Below the pieces are notes generated by a model. It was not told the DNA's origin. It saw only the letters and a program-made list of their open reading frames with translations, and searched no databases. DNA of 64,000 nucleotides from Obrimoposthia wandeli (Eukaryota), in the NCBI GenBank assembly GCA_977020255.1, contig CDROCS010006174.1, forward strand, positions 62,001 to 126,000. Direction: 5' to 3'. This document shows, one piece after another, positions 62,680-64,000 of the stretch. Position 1 is the first letter of the stretch; the number at the start of each line of letters is the position of its first letter. The translations under genes were made by a program, and so were the position numbers.

Positions 62680-64000
62680 CTACTTGGCGTCGATTATTGT
62701 TTGCTCTAAGATTAATAATTCAGCCAATGCATCATCAAATTCGAAATCGTTGACCATGTCTTGTATGGATTTTATCTGTTGGTGATAGGGTGTTTCGTAG
62801 CCTATTTTCATTAATTTTCCAACGACTTCTTCTGCTTGTATATTAGCTGAAATTAAGCAGGGCATTAGATTTTTTATAATTTTTCTTGCACCTTTAACAT
62901 CAAGTTTTTGCTTAATGTTAGTCGAGGTAGCATGATGATAAATACGATTGAGCTGCGCGATAATAAAATCTAAACAGGTAGCCACTTCATTTAGTTTTAA
63001 TTCGATATACAACCCTTGATGATGAATTTCATTTTCGAGAACTCTGGCAGAAGTAGCCAACTCGTAAGCGCCAATATACTGAGCTGTTGATTTTAATGAA
63101 TGGGCATGGCGATATAAGCACTCAGCTTGTCCTGATTTGTAAGCTTGCATCATTTGTTGTGACAGCATTTGATATTTCGACCAAAAATCATGAATCAACT
63201 CAGTATAGAGCACCTCTTTACCTTGTAGTCTTTTTATGGCTTCGTCAACGGCCAGAACAGTTTCTTGGCGTAGGGTCGCTAATGTTTGCTTGGTGTTATT
63301 AGAGCTTGTCGAGGAGGCTGATTGATCGCGTAAACTTCCCTTGGGCTTTTCCAAATATAGGCTGAGAGTTTTGTATAATAATCCGGGCTCAATGGGTTTA
63401 GTTAAATGCTGATTCATGCCAGCAATAATACTTTTTTCTACATCGCCAGCCATCGCATGTGCAGTCATAGCAATAATCGGTAAATCTTGTAATTGTAATC
63501 TTTGGCGGATTTCTTTTGTTGCCGTTAAGCCGTCCATTTCAGGCATTTGAATATCCATCAATACTAGGTCAAAAGCTTCTGTAGCGAGTATTTCTAATGC
63601 AATTAAACCATTTTCTGCACACTCAATGCTAATACCTGTATCCGCTAAAAATTCTTTAGCAACTTGTTGGTTGATCAAGTTATCTTCAACTAACAAAACT
63701 TTATAGGCACTTAAATCAGGTATGTCGAGTACCGAAGGGGCATAATCTAGTGCAACTTCTTCGCTTTTTTTACTTAATAGCTTAATCATGGCATCCACTA
63801 GTGCTGATTGATTGATTGGCTTTTCAATAAATTGATCAATATCAGCAGCTAGGGCTAGTGTTTGCGCTTCGCTTTTGTCGTAAGCCGACACCATTAAAAG
63901 ACTCGGATATTGCCTTTTCGCTTGTGCACGAATTTTCTTTGCGGTCTCAATACCGTCCATTTTAGGCATTTTCCAATCCATCAAGACAACATCATAAGGA
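62680..64000 (-). CDS. C-terminal part of hybrid sensor kinase (REC-REC-HPt); continues beyond window end
   Basis: The frame is open to the window edge (PYDVVLMDWKMP), second receiver LVLMDIQMPEMDG, HPt motif AHSLKS. Confidence 0.9.
   Translation of the reverse strand, partial: PYDVVLMDWKMPKMDGIETAKKIRAQAKRQYPSLLMVSAYDKSEAQTLALAADIDQFIEKPINQSALVDAMIKLLSKKSEEVALDYAPSVLDIPDLSAYKVLLVEDNLINQQVAKEFLADTGISIECAENGLIALEILATEAFDLVLMDIQMPEMDGLTATKEIRQRLQLQDLPIIAMTAHAMAGDVEKSIIAGMNQHLTKPIEPGLLYKTLSLYLEKPKGSLRDQSASSTSSNNTKQTLATLRQETVLAVDEAIKRLQGKEVLYTELIHDFWSKYQMLSQQMMQAYKSGQAECLYRHAHSLKSTAQYIGAYELATSARVLENEIHHQGLYIELKLNEVATCLDFIIAQLNRIYHHATSTNIKQKLDVKGARKIIKNLMPCLISANIQAEEVVGKLMKIGYETPYHQQIKSIQDMVNDFEFDDALAELLILEQTIIDAK

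Noticed and set aside
1-64000. CRISPR arrays, cas genes, transposases, integrases, prophage, toxin-antitoxin or defence genes
   Set aside because: No regularly spaced repeat-spacer array and no ORF with such motifs was found; every long ORF has a housekeeping or signalling assignment.

Overview
Mostly a core-genome window from an AT-rich marine gammaproteobacterium. Gene content and order suggest Alteromonadales, probably Colwelliaceae; this is an inference, no search was run. It opens in the 3' end of an rRNA operon (partial 23S, 5S, two terminators). It then carries DUF2982, hemYXDC-cyaY, lptM-lysA-dapF-yigA-yigB, uvrD, rarD-yigI, recQ, tesB, an MscS/acyltransferase pair, proB, ppnP, ilvC/ilvY, comM, an attenuated ilvL-GMEDA operon, ubiK, rep, ubiEJB, recG-trmH-ridA-spoT-rpoZ-gmk, and the C-terminus of a hybrid sensor kinase. 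Six GGDEF-type genes are scattered through it, two of them degenerate. No CRISPR array, tRNA, transposase or prophage gene was found. The main unexplained signal is a c-di-GMP-I (GEMM) riboswitch-like aptamer on the minus strand at about 23112-23197. It keeps the ligand-contact positions and shows compensatory P2 changes, but has no sense gene downstream: it points antisense into the 3' end of a DUF885 lipoprotein gene and lies back-to-back with a TPR/degenerate-GGDEF gene. Also notable, cyaA and xerC are both absent from their usual positions in the hemC-cyaY-dapF cluster.
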